The position numbers and the translations under genes are program-made. 64,000 nucleotides of DNA from Eledone cirrhosa (Eukaryota): NCBI GenBank assembly GCA_964016885.1, contig OZ024756.1:3100001-3164000 (forward strand), in the 5' to 3' direction. The notes under the pieces were generated by a model. It did no database searches. It saw only the letters and a list, made by a program, of their open reading frames with translations, and was not told where the DNA came from. Below are positions 15,072 to 30,377 of this stretch, piece by piece. Each line of letters starts with the position of its first letter. The stretch's first letter is position 1.

Positions 15072-15474
15072 GAGAGGTGGGGAGAGAAGGAGCAAGAGTG
15101 ACAGAGAGAAAGAGCGCGATAGAAATACTAAAAGTATACCATTCCTGTTATTTACCTTTTACATTCCTTAAGCTGTCAGTGAATTGACCAAACCATCTGA
15201 TATCTATCTCGACAGATCTGGAGTTACAATTGCTATATCAACCCAGATTCTTTTCACAGATTCTCAAGACTCTTCTTAATTGATACACGGATATTATGAC
15301 CTCTTCGACGCCCTTGTCGTCGGTGTCAGTGTCGGTAGTGTTATTGTTGTTGTAGTTGTTGTTGTCGTCGTCAGAGTAGGCATCGTTGTTGTTGTTGCTG
15401 CTGCTGCTGTTGTTGTCATAGCGTTGATCGAGCAGTCCTTTGAACAAATGTGTTTAAGTCACAGATATATTGGT

Positions 15475-15690
15475 TTCTTATCTAGGCACAAGGCCACCAA
15501 TTTTGGGGTGAGGGGGGAAAGTCGATTAAATCGACCCTAATGCGTGACTGGTACTTTATTTCATCAACCCCGTAGGGATGAATGTCAAAGTTTACCTCGG
15601 CGGGATTGGAACTTAGATCATAAAGAGCCGTAACTCCATGCAGCAAACGCATGGCGTCCGACCCTCTGCCGATACTGCCAATCCACCATA
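15475..15690 (-). mobile_element. SINE S1 copy
   Basis: Near full-length match to the other S1 copies. Confidence 0.85.
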
Positions 15691-15729
15691 TTGTCTAATG
15701 ATATCTTGCGATGGTAGTTTTAATGTAAT

Positions 15730-17508
15730 AGCGGTATAGATGTGACAGTGGTATAGATGTGACAGTGGTATAGATGTGACAGTGGTATAGATGTGACAGT
15801 GGTATAGATGTGACAGTGGTATAGATGTGAGAGTGGTATAGCTGTGACAGTTGTATAGATCTGACAGTGGTATAGATGTGACAGTGGTATATATGTGACA
15901 ATGGTATAGATGTGAGAGTGGTATAGATGTGAGAGTGGTATAGATGTGAGAGTGGTATAGATGTGACAGTGGTATAGATGTGACAGTGGTATAGATGTGA
16001 CAGTGGTATAGATGTGACAATGGTATAGATGTGACAATGGTATAGATGTGAGAGTGGTATAGATGTGAGAGTGGTATAGATGTGAGAGTGGTATAGACGT
16101 GACAGTGGTATAGATGTGAGAGTGGTATAGATGTGACAGTGGTATAAATGTGACAGTGGAATATATGTGACAGTGGTATAGATGTGACAGTGGAATAAAT
16201 GTGACAGTGGAATATATGTGACAGTGGTATAGATGTGACAGTGGAAAATATATGACAGTGGTATAGATGTGAGAGTGGTATAGATGTGACAGTGGTATAG
16301 ATGTGACAGTGGTATAGATGTTAGATTGGTATAGATGTGAGAGTGGTATAGATGTGAGTGTGGTATAGATGTGAGAGTGGTATAGATGTGACAGTGGTAT
16401 GGATGTGACAGTGGTATAGATGTGACAGTGGTATAGATGTGACAGTGGTATAGATGTGACATGGTATAGATGTGACAGTGGTATATATGTGACAGTGGTA
16501 TAGATGTGATAGTGGTATAAATGTGACAGTGGTATAGCTGTGACAGTAGTATAGATGTTACAGTGGTATAGATGTGACAGTGGTATAAATGTCATACTAG
16601 TATAGATGTGTCTATTATAGATGTGACAGTGGTATAAATGTGATAGTGGTATGAATGTGATAGTGGTATAGTTGTGACAGTGCTATAGATGTGACAGTGG
16701 TATAGATGTGACAGTGGTATAGATGTGATAGTAGTATAGATGTGACAGTGGTATAATGTGACAATGGTATAGATGTGACAGTGGTATAGATGTGACAGTA
16801 GTAGAGACGTGACAGTGGTATAGATGTGATAGTGGTGTAGTTGTGACAGTGGTATAGATGTGACAGTGGTATAGATGTGACAATGGTATAGATGTGACAA
16901 TGCTATAGATGTGACAGTGATATAGATGTGAGAGTGGTACAGATGTAACAGTGGTATAGATGTGACAATGGTATAGATGTGATAGTGGTATAAATGTGAC
17001 AGTGGTATAGATGTGACAGTGGTATAGATGTGACAGTGGTATAGATGTGATAGTGGTATAAATGTGACAGTGGTATAGATGTGACAATGGCATAGATGTG
17101 ACAGTGGTATAGATGTGACAGTGGTATAAATTTGACAGTGGAATATATGTGACTGTGGTATAGATGTGACAGTGGTATAGAGGTGACAGTGGTATAAATG
17201 TGACAGTGGAATATATGTGACTGTGGTATAGATGTGACAGTGGTATAGAGGTGACAGTGGTATAGATGTGATAGTAGTATAAATGTGACAGTGGTATAGA
17301 TGTGACAATGGCATAGATGTGACAGTGGTATAGATGTGACAGTGGTATAAATGTGACAGTGGAATATATGTGACTGTGGTATAGATGTGACAGTGGTATA
17401 GAGGTGACAGTGGTATAGATGTGACAGTGGTATAGATGTGACAGTGCTATAGATGTGACAGTGGTATAAATGCCATAGTAGTATAGATGTGACAGTAGTA
17501 TAGATGTG
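15730..17508. repeat. 17-bp minisatellite (GTGGTATAGATGTGACA), about 105 copies
   Basis: Directly visible; the 17-aa periodicity of the ORF translations equals three 17-bp units. Confidence 0.97.
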
Positions 17509-17864
17509 TCCTCCGTTCTTCGTTGTTTTGAATGCAAAACAACGAACAGCGGAGGACACGTATCGCTCCTAAACGACAGAAAGATCCCCCCCCCCCTGGA
17601 AACCCCCCCAGTTGATGGATGTGAATCCGAAATATAGGGAAAATTAAATCTCTCTCAAGACAACTCTATCTCGTGTTATTATTTTTATTTTTTACGCTCT
17701 TTCCTACGTTATTCTACACACTCTACATCTCATTCTACATTCACTTACATCTCTCTCTTCACCACCGGATCCTGTTACCCGGAGAATTACCCATCTGCAT
17801 TGTTGAGGCTTTCAAAACAGTATAAAGTAATATATCATATATCTATATATATATAGATATATAT

Positions 17865-18054
17865 AACGAAGGAAAAGTGGTAAGGAACCAGGTGGACCAT
17901 AACGCACCAAAGTACTCAATACTTAGGGTAGTAGAGTGGGTAATAGGAACAAGTAAGACCCCGACGGCTGAGCTCAAGCCGTTTCGACGGCTAATTCTGG
18001 ACCAGAATTAGCCGTCGAAACGGCTTGAGCTCAGCCGTCGGGGTCTTCCTTGTT

Positions 18055-18058
<4 letters not shown>
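17865..18058 (-). mobile_element. Short TA-embedded element with a half hammerhead and fold-back (also 26600-26738, 32789-32959, 61348-61539)
   Basis: Shared about 100-bp tail and GAAA-CGGCTTGAGCTCAGCCGT-C-GGGGTC (stem III plus GUC site); the inversion removes the CUGANGA half. Confidence 0.7.
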
Positions 18059-18092
<34 letters not shown>

Positions 18093-18267
18093 GGTTTGAG
18101 GTTCACCACTGGATAGAGCTGGTCAATTCCGTAGGGTCAATCTCAATGTAATAATATGGAGAGTACTCAACGTAAAGCAGTCCAACCGTCTTTGTTTTTG
18201 TAGTTGGTGGTGCTAGTACGGAGTTAAATATTATAATGAAATGACAGAAGGCTGGACTATTATATAT

Positions 18268-18322
<55 letters not shown>

Positions 18323-18339
18323 GAAGTGGCAATGCATTA

Positions 18340-18376
18340 CGAGCTGAGGATCCGCTAAAGTGAAACATTGTTCTCG
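18340..18376 (+). ncRNA. Type I hammerhead motif
   Basis: CGAG-CTGAGGA-TCCGCTAAAGT-GAAA-CATTGT-T-CTCG; stem I perfect, stem II weak. Confidence 0.65.
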
Positions 18377-18509
18377 GTATAGTGAACTAACTATTGTGTA
18401 ACCACTTCTACCTAACTCGTCCCATGGACTGAGTGCTCTACCACTACAGATATTACCTTCCAGTGTTCTACCACTATATATATATATAAATATATATACA
18501 CACACATAC

Positions 18510-18583
<74 letters not shown>

Positions 18584-18681
18584 CTCTCATTCTGTTGTTA
18601 TGATATATATGTATATATATTTATACACACACACATACATATATATATGTTTATATGATATATATATATGTATATATGTAA

Positions 18682-18715
<34 letters not shown>

Positions 18716-18774
18716 GTTTATATAATATATATATATATATGTACATATATTTGTATATATGTACATATATATAA

Positions 18775-18856
<82 letters not shown>

Positions 18857-19172
18857 TATATATGCATACATACATACGTACATATATAATATAATAATAT
18901 AAACAGAATGAGAGAAAGAGTAAGTGGGATTTATTTCATGTGCAATATTCGCAGCGTGATATTCCTTTCATCGGATGTCGACTGGAGATCAGAATAAACT
19001 GTTGGCACCTTCCAACAGAATCACTTTCTTTAGTGAAGTTCCAACTTACCAACTCAATGCCAGCTGCAACATAACAAAGATGTAGGTTTATTTGGTATAT
19101 TTTTGTTACTCTCCTGTATTGATATATGTGCATTTCTCTACCATGAAAAACCAAACTCTGTTTCCTCTAGCA

Positions 19173-19695
19173 GAGAGGTTCTCAAACCTTTTGGGGCCAA
19201 CACCCCTCTCACGGCCTCGTAAGACCTTCAGTGAGCCCCACCCCTATTTCTAGAGAGACCAGCCTACACACAAATTGTAAGTATAATGAAAAGTTTCATT
19301 AATTTATATATAATAAATAATTGTTTCTATTTTCGGTACAAGGCCAGCAATTATCCCAGTGCATTACTGGTACTTTATTTTATTGACCCCATACGTATGA
19401 AAGGCAAAGTTAACCTCGGCGGTATTTGAAATCAGACTGTAAAGGGCCGTAACTCTATGCTGCAAAGCATGACGTCCAACCCTCTACCGATACTGTCAAA
19501 ATATATACTATGTATAAATAAGTATTATATATTTTTTATTTTACTACGTTTATATATAATATGTATCATTTGATATTTAGTATATTATTATATCATCTGT
19601 ACCACTCCTCACCACCTCCCTATACCCCAGTACCCCCCACCCTGGATCTTCTCAACGACCCCGGGGAGAGGTAGCCCACACCTTGAGAACCTCTG
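19173..19695. mobile_element. hAT (Charlie-like) MITE with nested SINE S1 at about 19320-19500
   Basis: Inverted ends AGAGGTTCTCAA / TTGAGAACCTCTG; 8-bp target duplication CTCTAGCA / CTGTAGCA. Confidence 0.75.
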
Positions 19696-20370
19696 CTGTA
19701 GCAGTTCACAAATTACTGCACTGCTATATATATCAAGTCCAATGCAAGCAAGAGAGAAAGTTATGCAAAAGGTACGTGGCCTATAGTTATAGTGATTGAC
19801 TCTCGATCATGTGGTCGTAGGTTCTAAAACCAGACAGGGTGGTGTGTTGTTTTCTTCAGCAAGACTCTTCCTTTTACGTTGCTTTTCATGATATGACAAG
19901 GGATCTATCATAAAAACACCCGAGAAACTTCCTAAATGATAAAACCCCAGAGAGTGCCAGATAATCCTGCGTATATATGAGCCATACATGTCTTTGTTTT
20001 TGCAGATAGGGCATCGCATATATAGCTAAACATTTACGATATCTTATGCCCACTAAAAATATTGCCCACAGCCAACCTCCTGACTCTTACGAGTCCAGGA
20101 GTACCTCTTATTTTCACAGTTTCTTACATGTATCAGCTCTGTATTACATTTCCAAGACACCTTTAACTCTTCAATCAAAATGTGTTTTGTGTTAGGTTCC
20201 CATCCCTTTCTGTTTTCGTTTATCTGACCGGTAGTAGCATACTATAAACTTTAGCCACGTCACTCCAGGGCGACCGGCTGAGGTTGAAGGAACAGAATAG
20301 CGGTCGCCCTCGGGACCTCGATTTTCAGCCCCATGGATTTTATCTATTACATTCACGTATTATATTTCGA

Positions 20371-20428
20371 ATACCTGATGATGTCACCGGATTCATACGG
20401 AACCCGGTCATTGAAATGATCATAGTAT
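20371..20428 (+). ncRNA. Type I hammerhead with palindromic stem III
   Basis: ATAC-CTGATGA-TG..ACCGG..CCGGT-CATT-GAAA-TGATCAT-A-GTAT followed by AATAAA. Confidence 0.8.
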
Positions 20429-20497
20429 AATAAACCTTTCAAGGATTTACACAAATCCAGCCTGTCATTTCATTATAATATTATATATATATATCAA

Positions 20498-20835
20498 CAT
20501 CATCATCATCATCATCATCATCATCGTTTAACGTCCATGTTCCACGCTTGCATGGGTTTGGACGGGGGTTTTCCCACTTGAGGCAAGAGTGGTTGTCTTG
20601 CTCGCATAGGACTGTCTGACGGGTTTTCTACAGCTGGATGCCCTTCTTAACACCAACCACATTTACAGTGTGGGGCTGGGAGGTTTTACCGTGTTGCCTA
20701 CACGGCCACATTACAGCGTGGACTGTCTGGCGTGTTTTCTACAGCTGGATGCCCTTCCTAACACCAACCACATTTACAGTGTGGGACTGAGAGGTTTTTA
20801 CCGTGTTGCCTACACGGCCACATTACAGCGTGGAC
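20498..20835. repeat. Interspersed repeat with (CAT)n end and an internal tandem duplication of about 111 bp
   Basis: End resembles the LINE tail at 11871-11930; segment at 20609 repeats at 20720. Confidence 0.6.
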
Positions 20836-21004
20836 TGTGTGTTTTTTGTCGTGACACCTACACGATCTCATTTGTTTCGGCCTGGATGTTGTGGCACCAA
20901 CATAACTTTGCATTGAAAGGGGCAATGTGGATGGGGTGGGGTGGTGGGACGGGGGTGTATTTTGTTAGAGATGCCTAATGACTGTAGTAGGTTTTACTTT
21001 GTAT

Positions 21005-21543
21005 TTAGGTAAGGCGGGTCTTCTCTGTTACTGAGTACCGCCAAAGGTCTCGGTCCAGTGACATTGTCTTGGAGAGGTGTAAGTGTGTGAGGTCGGAATT
21101 TATCAGCTCGTCCCAGGTTTTTCTGGGTCTGCCTACTCCGTGGCTACCATCTATCTTTATTGTCCTGCACTTTGTTATACAGCTGTCGTCTTTCATGCGC
21201 ATCACGTGACCATACCAACGTAGCCTTCTCTCGAGTAAACAACATCTGATCCCTCTTATTTCTAATTTTTTCCTTAGTTCGTTTATGCTTTGCCGTTCAC
21301 GTATATTACTATTACACATCCAGCGGAGAAAGTACAGTAGCTAGAGTCAGAACTGGATGGAAAAAGTTCAGAGAGCTTATACCACTATTAGCCGCAAGAG
21401 CTTATACCACTATTAGCCACTAAAGGGTTCTCCCTAAAAATGAAAGGCAGGTTGTATGATGCCTGCATACGAACATCAATGTTACATGGCAGTGAGACCT
21501 GGGCATTGTCTGCAGAGGATATACGCAGACTAGAGAGGAACGA
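21005..21543 (-). mobile_element. RTE-type LINE 3' fragment with 5' inversion
   Basis: Minus 21005-21328 encodes LRWMC...RRLRWYGHVMR..GRPRKTW; plus 21330-21543 encodes the immediately preceding GWKKFREL..MLHGSETW..RRLERND. Confidence 0.85.
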
Positions 21544-21766
21544 TATATATATACACACGTATATATATATATATATATATACACATGTATATATATATGA
21601 TGCGTTTGGGGATAGTGCTTAAAATGTTTTTGAATACATATGCTTTTAATGTGAGTAAACCAAAACAAAGTCATATGCTTTTGATACCACATTCCAACAA
21701 CGAACGTGCAGCGCAGATTCTAAATATCACGCACACCTACACACACCCCTACACACACACACACAG

Positions 21767-21808
<42 letters not shown>

Positions 21809-21961
21809 GGGGGGCGGGTGTTAGATAATGCGCTCAACAACAGAAGGATTAAAATATTTGACAGTAGAGCTGACAAAACAGGCAATGTATCCATTTACTA
21901 ACTATGCAGATATATATATAAACACACACACACATATATTTATATATATACATATACATAT

Positions 21962-22005
<44 letters not shown>

Positions 22006-22016
22006 ATATATATATA

Positions 22017-22075
<59 letters not shown>

Positions 22076-22122
22076 CTATATATTCATATATATATATATA
22101 TATATATATATGTATCTATATA

Positions 22123-22205
<83 letters not shown>

Positions 22206-22230
22206 GTATATATATATCTGTATATATATA

Positions 22231-22278
<48 letters not shown>

Positions 22279-22304
22279 TTTACATATATATATATACATA
22301 TACA

Positions 22305-23366
<1,062 letters not shown>

Positions 23367-23388
23367 TATATATATATATATATATATA

Positions 23389-23422
<34 letters not shown>

Positions 23423-23450
23423 TATATATATATATATATGTATATATATA

Positions 23451-23534
<84 letters not shown>

Positions 23535-23562
23535 TATATATATATATATATGTATATATATA

Positions 23563-23602
<40 letters not shown>

Positions 23603-23789
23603 TGTATATGTATATTCATATATATATATAAACATATATATATATATATATAGATATATATACATATATATATATACATATATATATATGTATATATATA
23701 TTCATATATATATTATACATATTTATATATATATTCATATATATATATATGTATATATATATTCATATATATATATATGTATATATATA

Positions 23790-23871
<82 letters not shown>

Positions 23872-23872
23872 C

Positions 23873-23921
<49 letters not shown>

Positions 23922-23950
23922 CATATATATATACATACATATATACATAC

Positions 23951-23987
<37 letters not shown>

Positions 23988-24008
23988 CATATATACATAT
24001 ATACATAA

Positions 24009-24041
<33 letters not shown>

Positions 24042-24092
24042 CATATATACATAAATATATATATACATATGTATATTTACATAGACATATAT

Positions 24093-24171
<79 letters not shown>

Positions 24172-24467
24172 TTTTATATATGTGTATACGTGTTGGTGTG
24201 GCTGTAGGTTTGGAGCAGATATCGTGTAGAAGACTAGAAACATCAACAAGCTAGAGCAAGAAGGTGCTATTTCATTCATCTTGCCATTTATATATAAACA
24301 TCTTTATATATAGCCTGTGAACTATATACACTGATGTTTATATCAACTACTGTAGCTTATATCCTATCTGTTTATATTTACATACATACATCAATATAGA
24401 AATGTACTTAGAAATATGCCTGAATGTTGGAACCGCTAAACGTCTCATAAACAGCAATGATATGTAT

Positions 24468-24539
<72 letters not shown>

Positions 24540-24712
24540 CTGTTTCTACTTTGCGCACAAGGCCAGCAATAACCCAGTGCATTACTGGTACTTTATTTTA
24601 TCGACCCGATAAGATGAAAGGCGAAGTTAACCTCGGCGGGATTTGAACTCACATCATAAAGTGACCAAAGCATGATGTCCGACTCTCTACCGATACTGCC
24701 AATCCACCGCCC
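24540..24712 (-). mobile_element. SINE S1 copy
   Basis: Same body; head GGCGGTGGATTGGCAGTATCGGTAGAG. Confidence 0.85.
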
Positions 24713-24782
24713 TATATATATATACCGGCGATGAATTAGTTTTGCGAAGTTTTTGATATGAAATCGTGTGTCGAAACAAATA

Positions 24783-26448
24783 TTGTTATACTTGGGGAGG
24801 GTTATATTTGTGTAATATTGCCAGAATTAATAAGAGAACACACTCACTGCTTTGTTGGTTTTCGCTTCTGTGTCTTTTATATCGGTTAATTTAACTTATT
24901 CGGTCCTCGATGTTACCATTGACTGACCAACGGTCAAAAATACAGATACAATACAGATACAATACAGATACAATATAGACACAAACACATATATATAGTC
25001 TAACAAAGTTCTTTCGTTGCACATCTGCAACATCGTCAGTGTTGCTATTATGTTTCCTCCTGTTGTATTGCATGCCTGCGCCATTTTTATTTAGTCTGTT
25101 TATTTATTTATTTATTTTTGCCTTCTTCTCTGCGCATGCGTTTGCGTGTGTGTATTGTGTTTGGGTGACTGTGTATTGGTTATTGTATTCTATCTTAGTT
25201 TACTAGTGTGTGTTTATATGTGTTTGTTGTTATTGTGCTTGTGTATGTAATTATTTATTTATTATTTTTTTTTATTTATTTATACTTCTCTTAGGTCAGT
25301 ATTGTTTGTTTGTGTGTTGTTGTTATTCCATTCATTGTTTCTGTTTAGCCTTGGCCTTCTAAGTTCTATTTCGCTGGCCTCTCTGATTTGCCTATTTGCT
25401 GGGTCATTTCTATGTTTAGATATAATTTTAATTTCTATGTTGTCTATGTTACCGTCGTGTTGTTGTCTGGCATGTTCGTATAGTACTGAACTGTTTTTTC
25501 GTCCTTTTAGTTCCCCCAGTGTTGGGCTATCCTTTCACCTATGCTACGATCTGTCTCAGCTATGTATGTTGTTGTCATGTTTCTGCAAGTACCCTCTGTA
25601 CATCTTATGCTATAGACTACGTTTCTAGTCTTACAGTTTATCCGGGGGTTTACTTTACATATAATACATTTCCTATTAGTACAGTGGGTTTTCTTAAAAG
25701 GGTAGGTTTTGCTGATCAGGGATTTTCTGGTGGTTCCCGGCTTTTCTACCACCTTAATCTTTAAGTGGGTCATTCTCAGGGCCTTTCTACACTGGTTAGC
25801 TAATTTCCCTCCAGGGGTAGCGTCCACAAACATGACATTCTGGTATCTCTAGTTGTCGTACCATGAGGTGGCTTTCCCTATCTTATGTCTATTCCTATCT
25901 AAACTATTCCATTATTTGCTCCTGTATAATGGGCAAATTCCTTTCATGTCCATTTCTATGAGGGTCTTATACTTCTCCGTGGCTCCTTCGTATACTCTGA
26001 TTCTGTCTCTTTGGTTGTAGCCAGAGAACCGCATGCGGTTGAGGAAGTGTTCTGTTGGGTCGCACATGCGGGACACGTTCTTCATCACACGTACCAACTC
26101 TGCGATCAGAATATTAAACTTAGCACTACTGGACATTGCTGGGTTTTTGTGTATCAGGTATTTGGAGGCCATGGGTTTAGCGTAGTGTGAGTTGAGAATT
26201 AGGGTTCTCTCGTCTATAGTGTTAGTCCAGAGTTCCGTGTCTAATACAGGTAGTCTATTTTTAGGGTGTTTGGAAGATTAGTCGATAGTTACAGTTATAC
26301 TCTGGTGTATGGAATTAGCTATCTGCTGGATGCTTTCCATAGTGCTACGTTCGAAATCAAACACAGAAGCGAAAACCAACCAAACAGTGAGTGTGTTCTG
26401 TTATTAATTCTGGCAATATTATTACACAAATATGACCCTCCCCAAGTA

Positions 26449-26455
<7 letters not shown>
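24783..26455 (-). mobile_element. 5'-truncated Penelope-like element (Neptune-like): RT C-terminus, GIY-YIG endonuclease, HHR in 3' UTR, inverted terminal repeat
   Basis: LPVLDTELW..HYAKPMASK (RT/thumb), Cys-rich linker CTNRKCIIC..NCKTRNVVYSIRC, YIAETDRSIGERIAQH. HHR 25002-25043 AACA-CTGACGA-TGTTGCAGATGTGCAAC-GAAA-GAACT-T-TGTT. 26358-26452 is an inverted copy of the 3' end at about 24785-24875. Confidence 0.9.
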
Positions 26456-26492
<37 letters not shown>

Positions 26493-26566
26493 TACATTTG
26501 TACATAGGTGCGCACAAACACACACACATATATACATGTTCTGAAGACAACAGAACGTCCTTTTTA

Positions 26567-26602
<36 letters not shown>

Positions 26603-26890
26603 CGAAGGAATTGTGGTAAGGAACCAGATGGACCATGACGCACCAGAGTACTCAATACTTAGGTTAGTAGAGTGGGTAATAAGAAAAAGTATGACCCCGA
26701 CGGCAGAGCTCAAGCCGTCGGGGTCATACTTTTTTCTATATATATAATATATATATAGCAATAATAATAATTGTTTCTCCTTTTGGCACAAGTCCAGCAA
26801 TTACTGGTACTTTATTTTATCAACCCCGTAAGGTTTATAGAAATAAGAATAATAAAAGCACCAATTCTTTGCTTAAACTTTAATCTCTTC

Positions 26891-27178
<288 letters not shown>

Positions 27179-27259
27179 AAATACCTCTGTAGCCTACATA
27201 GAACACTCTCCTTTCATTTACCTTTCCTACAGAAACACTTAACACTCTCTCTCTCTCAC

Positions 27260-27290
<31 letters not shown>

Positions 27291-27344
27291 ATAGAAAAAA
27301 CAAGAAGGTTCCGTTTACATATGAAAAATATTTATTGTATATCG

Positions 27345-27434
27345 ACCTGTTACGCGCGTTTCACCGAGGATTGGCTCAAGGGTCCGTAGGATTTATTGAC
27401 CTGACTCCAGCATCGATCTGCTCCTCAGACTAGT
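27345..27434 (-). ncRNA. Hammerhead motif with long stem II region and palindromic ACGCGCGT stem III
   Basis: ACTAGT-CTGAGGA-...-GAAA-CGCGCGT-A-ACAGGT. Confidence 0.6.
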
Positions 27435-28461
27435 GATGCGACAAAAGATATATATATATATATATCACTCTTTCCCGCTCTCACTCAGGTCAAACCCAAC
27501 CAAGGCCGATAACATCATTAACAAACTAATTACTTAATTATGTTGAGAGACCAGTAACATCTTTAAAATGAGATCACGGTGGAGTAAACTGTCTCAGAAT
27601 AAGATACTTGTTTAACATGGTCCAGAGTTCACCACAGACACGTGTACCCTGGACGTAATACAGGGAGAGTTTCAGCGTTTCACAGTACAGAGTGTCACAT
27701 GATTGGACGTCTGGATTACAGGGGTAGTAAATTCGATGGACTTCTGCACAGTCTCCGTCTACCTAATTCTATGTAGGTAGACATCTATAGGGACATCTTT
27801 TACAAGTCACTGTGTTATATTCTGGAAGTTTCGCTTACCATCCAATAATACACCAGAAGTCGCATCTAATATATGTCAGCGCCAAGAAAAGATGGTTGAT
27901 AACCGGAAACCTTTTTATTCCCGTATAGCATATATATTGTTTCTTCCAATCACCAAATTAATTTTCAACATTTTTCGACGTTATACAATTTTAATTTTAA
28001 TTTCAATTGTAATAATTTTTATTTCTTTATTTTTATTTCTTTAATTTTTATCTATTTAAAAATTACTTATCTCTTATAAATTATTTTTTAAAACAGAAGA
28101 AAAATATTATATTATAAGCAAATCTTAAACAACTAATAATAGTAAATACACGTACTATTAAGATATATACTTAGAATATATTTCCCTCAAATTAACGTTA
28201 TATGAGTTTTATTCATCTTCTCTTGTTTCTTTCTTCTATCTCTCTCTCTAGCACTATTTTATCCTTTCCTCCTAATTTTTTCTTCTCTCACTCTCTCCAT
28301 ACTCGTTTAAATAAACGGTTGTTTTTCAATTATTTACATATTCATTTGCATATTCACAAATAAGTTTGAAAAATCCTTAATATATTTCCACTATCCAGTG
28401 AATTTCCAACCGATAAGGTATGAATTTCATGGGTATGTCTCTATTTCTAAAACAAACTTTG

Positions 28462-28525
28462 TATTTTATCTGATGAAAGCGTACCTATGTTGTCTTGGTA
28501 CCCTTGAAATATATATAATAAAATA
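28462..28525 (+). ncRNA. Type I hammerhead (ATATATAT family)
   Basis: TATTTTAT-CTGATGA-AAGCGTACC..GGTACCCTT-GAAA-TATATAT-A-ATAAAATA; 8-bp stem I. Confidence 0.8.
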
Positions 28526-28564
28526 AATATGGTTTTATAAATATAGTTTCCATTTATTTAATAT

Positions 28565-28617
<53 letters not shown>

Positions 28618-29234
28618 TGTATACACACATATATGTATACATACATTTGCGATGACGCGCGTTTCACCTTGCGGATTTTCAACTAGAGTGATGTGTCTGT
28701 GTGTGTGTGCGCGCGCGTATGTGAGTGTGTGTGTGTCTGTGTGTATGTGTGTGTGCGTGAGTGTGTGTGTGTGTCTGCGTGCGCGTGTATGTGTGTGTGT
28801 GCGCGTGCGTGTGTGTGTATGTATGCGTGTGTGCATGTGTGTGCGTGTGCGCACGTGCGTGTGGGTGTGTGTGGGTGTGTCTGTGTGCGTGTGTACGTGT
28901 GTGTGTACATGTGTGTGTATGTATGTGTGTGTGTGTGTAGGTAGCTATAAGTTGAATGCAGCTAGATATTTATATACATATATCCTATATTCTGTACGGT
29001 CTCTGGACACGATTAGGTTTCTACCAGACGTTCGTAGAGGAATATCAACGTGTAAATTCTAATCAGCGGGACAGCAAATAAAGTTGTCTGAGAATCTGAG
29101 TGTTTATAAATCCCTCGCTGGAGAAACCGCGGAGCTAACGATCAGATTTTCAAGTCTTTCAATAAAGACACTCACACACACACATATATATATATACATA
29201 CATATATACATTAAATAAACACATACCCTTTCAT

Positions 29235-29325
<91 letters not shown>

Positions 29326-29514
29326 AATATATATATACATATATATATATATACCTATATATATATCCATATACATATGTGTTTGTATATATATATATAT
29401 ATAGAGAGAGAGAGATGGCTGCCCCCTCGTTATCGAGTATGGCCATTGCGCGATATACCATTATTAATAATTATTAACTAAGTCTATCGTGCAATGCCTG
29501 TGCGTGAATATATT

Positions 29515-29568
<54 letters not shown>

Positions 29569-29616
29569 TAAATACATATATATACATACACATATTTACA
29601 TATATATATATATACA

Positions 29617-29694
<78 letters not shown>

Positions 29695-29775
29695 AAAGTT
29701 CTATTTAAAGTTGTTGGGATACAACAAGTAAATATTTCTAATATCGTATATATATATATTGAGATATATACACGC

Positions 29776-29815
<40 letters not shown>

Positions 29816-30133
29816 TTGTGTGTGTTTGTGTATGTGTGTGTGTGAGTGTGTATGTGTTTGTGTGTTGCTCACTGCCGACATTTCATCCATCTCCAGCCGT
29901 CACCCCGACCACTACCCCCTATATAACCAGTATTATATATCAGATATAAATACATGTTCCGTCCATCACTAGTATAAAATATAGAAGTTTGCTGGAGTTT
30001 TACATTGAAACGGGAAGTTAGAGCAATATTGTCTTCATTTGGAAGTATCCTATAGCTAAATTTACCGGATGACAACATAAAAAGACTGATTAGATTTTAA
30101 TTTAATTAATATAGATTAATGAGACATTACTTA

Positions 30134-30186
<53 letters not shown>

Positions 30187-30241
30187 TGTGTATGTGTGTC
30201 TGTTTGTGTATATGTAGTATATATATATATATATATAAACC

Positions 30242-30275
<34 letters not shown>

Positions 30276-30346
30276 AACCTATATATATATATATATAAAC
30301 CTATATTTGTATATATATATATATATACCTATATATATATATGTTA

Positions 30347-30377
<31 letters not shown>

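Noticed and set aside
15613-17559. His/Cys-rich repetitive ORFs resembling a metal-binding protein
   Set aside because: Product of a 17-bp unit; the same peptide appears in all three frames.
19050-19063. 14-nt minus-strand microexon (TTGCAG|CTGGCATTGAGTTG|GTAAGT)
   Set aside because: Splice-like signals can occur by chance, and it would introduce a stop if joined directly after the 40087 candidate exon; needs RNA evidence.
29085-29135. Possible hammerhead around GAAACCGCGG
   Set aside because: No convincing CUGANGA, UH or stem I pairing.
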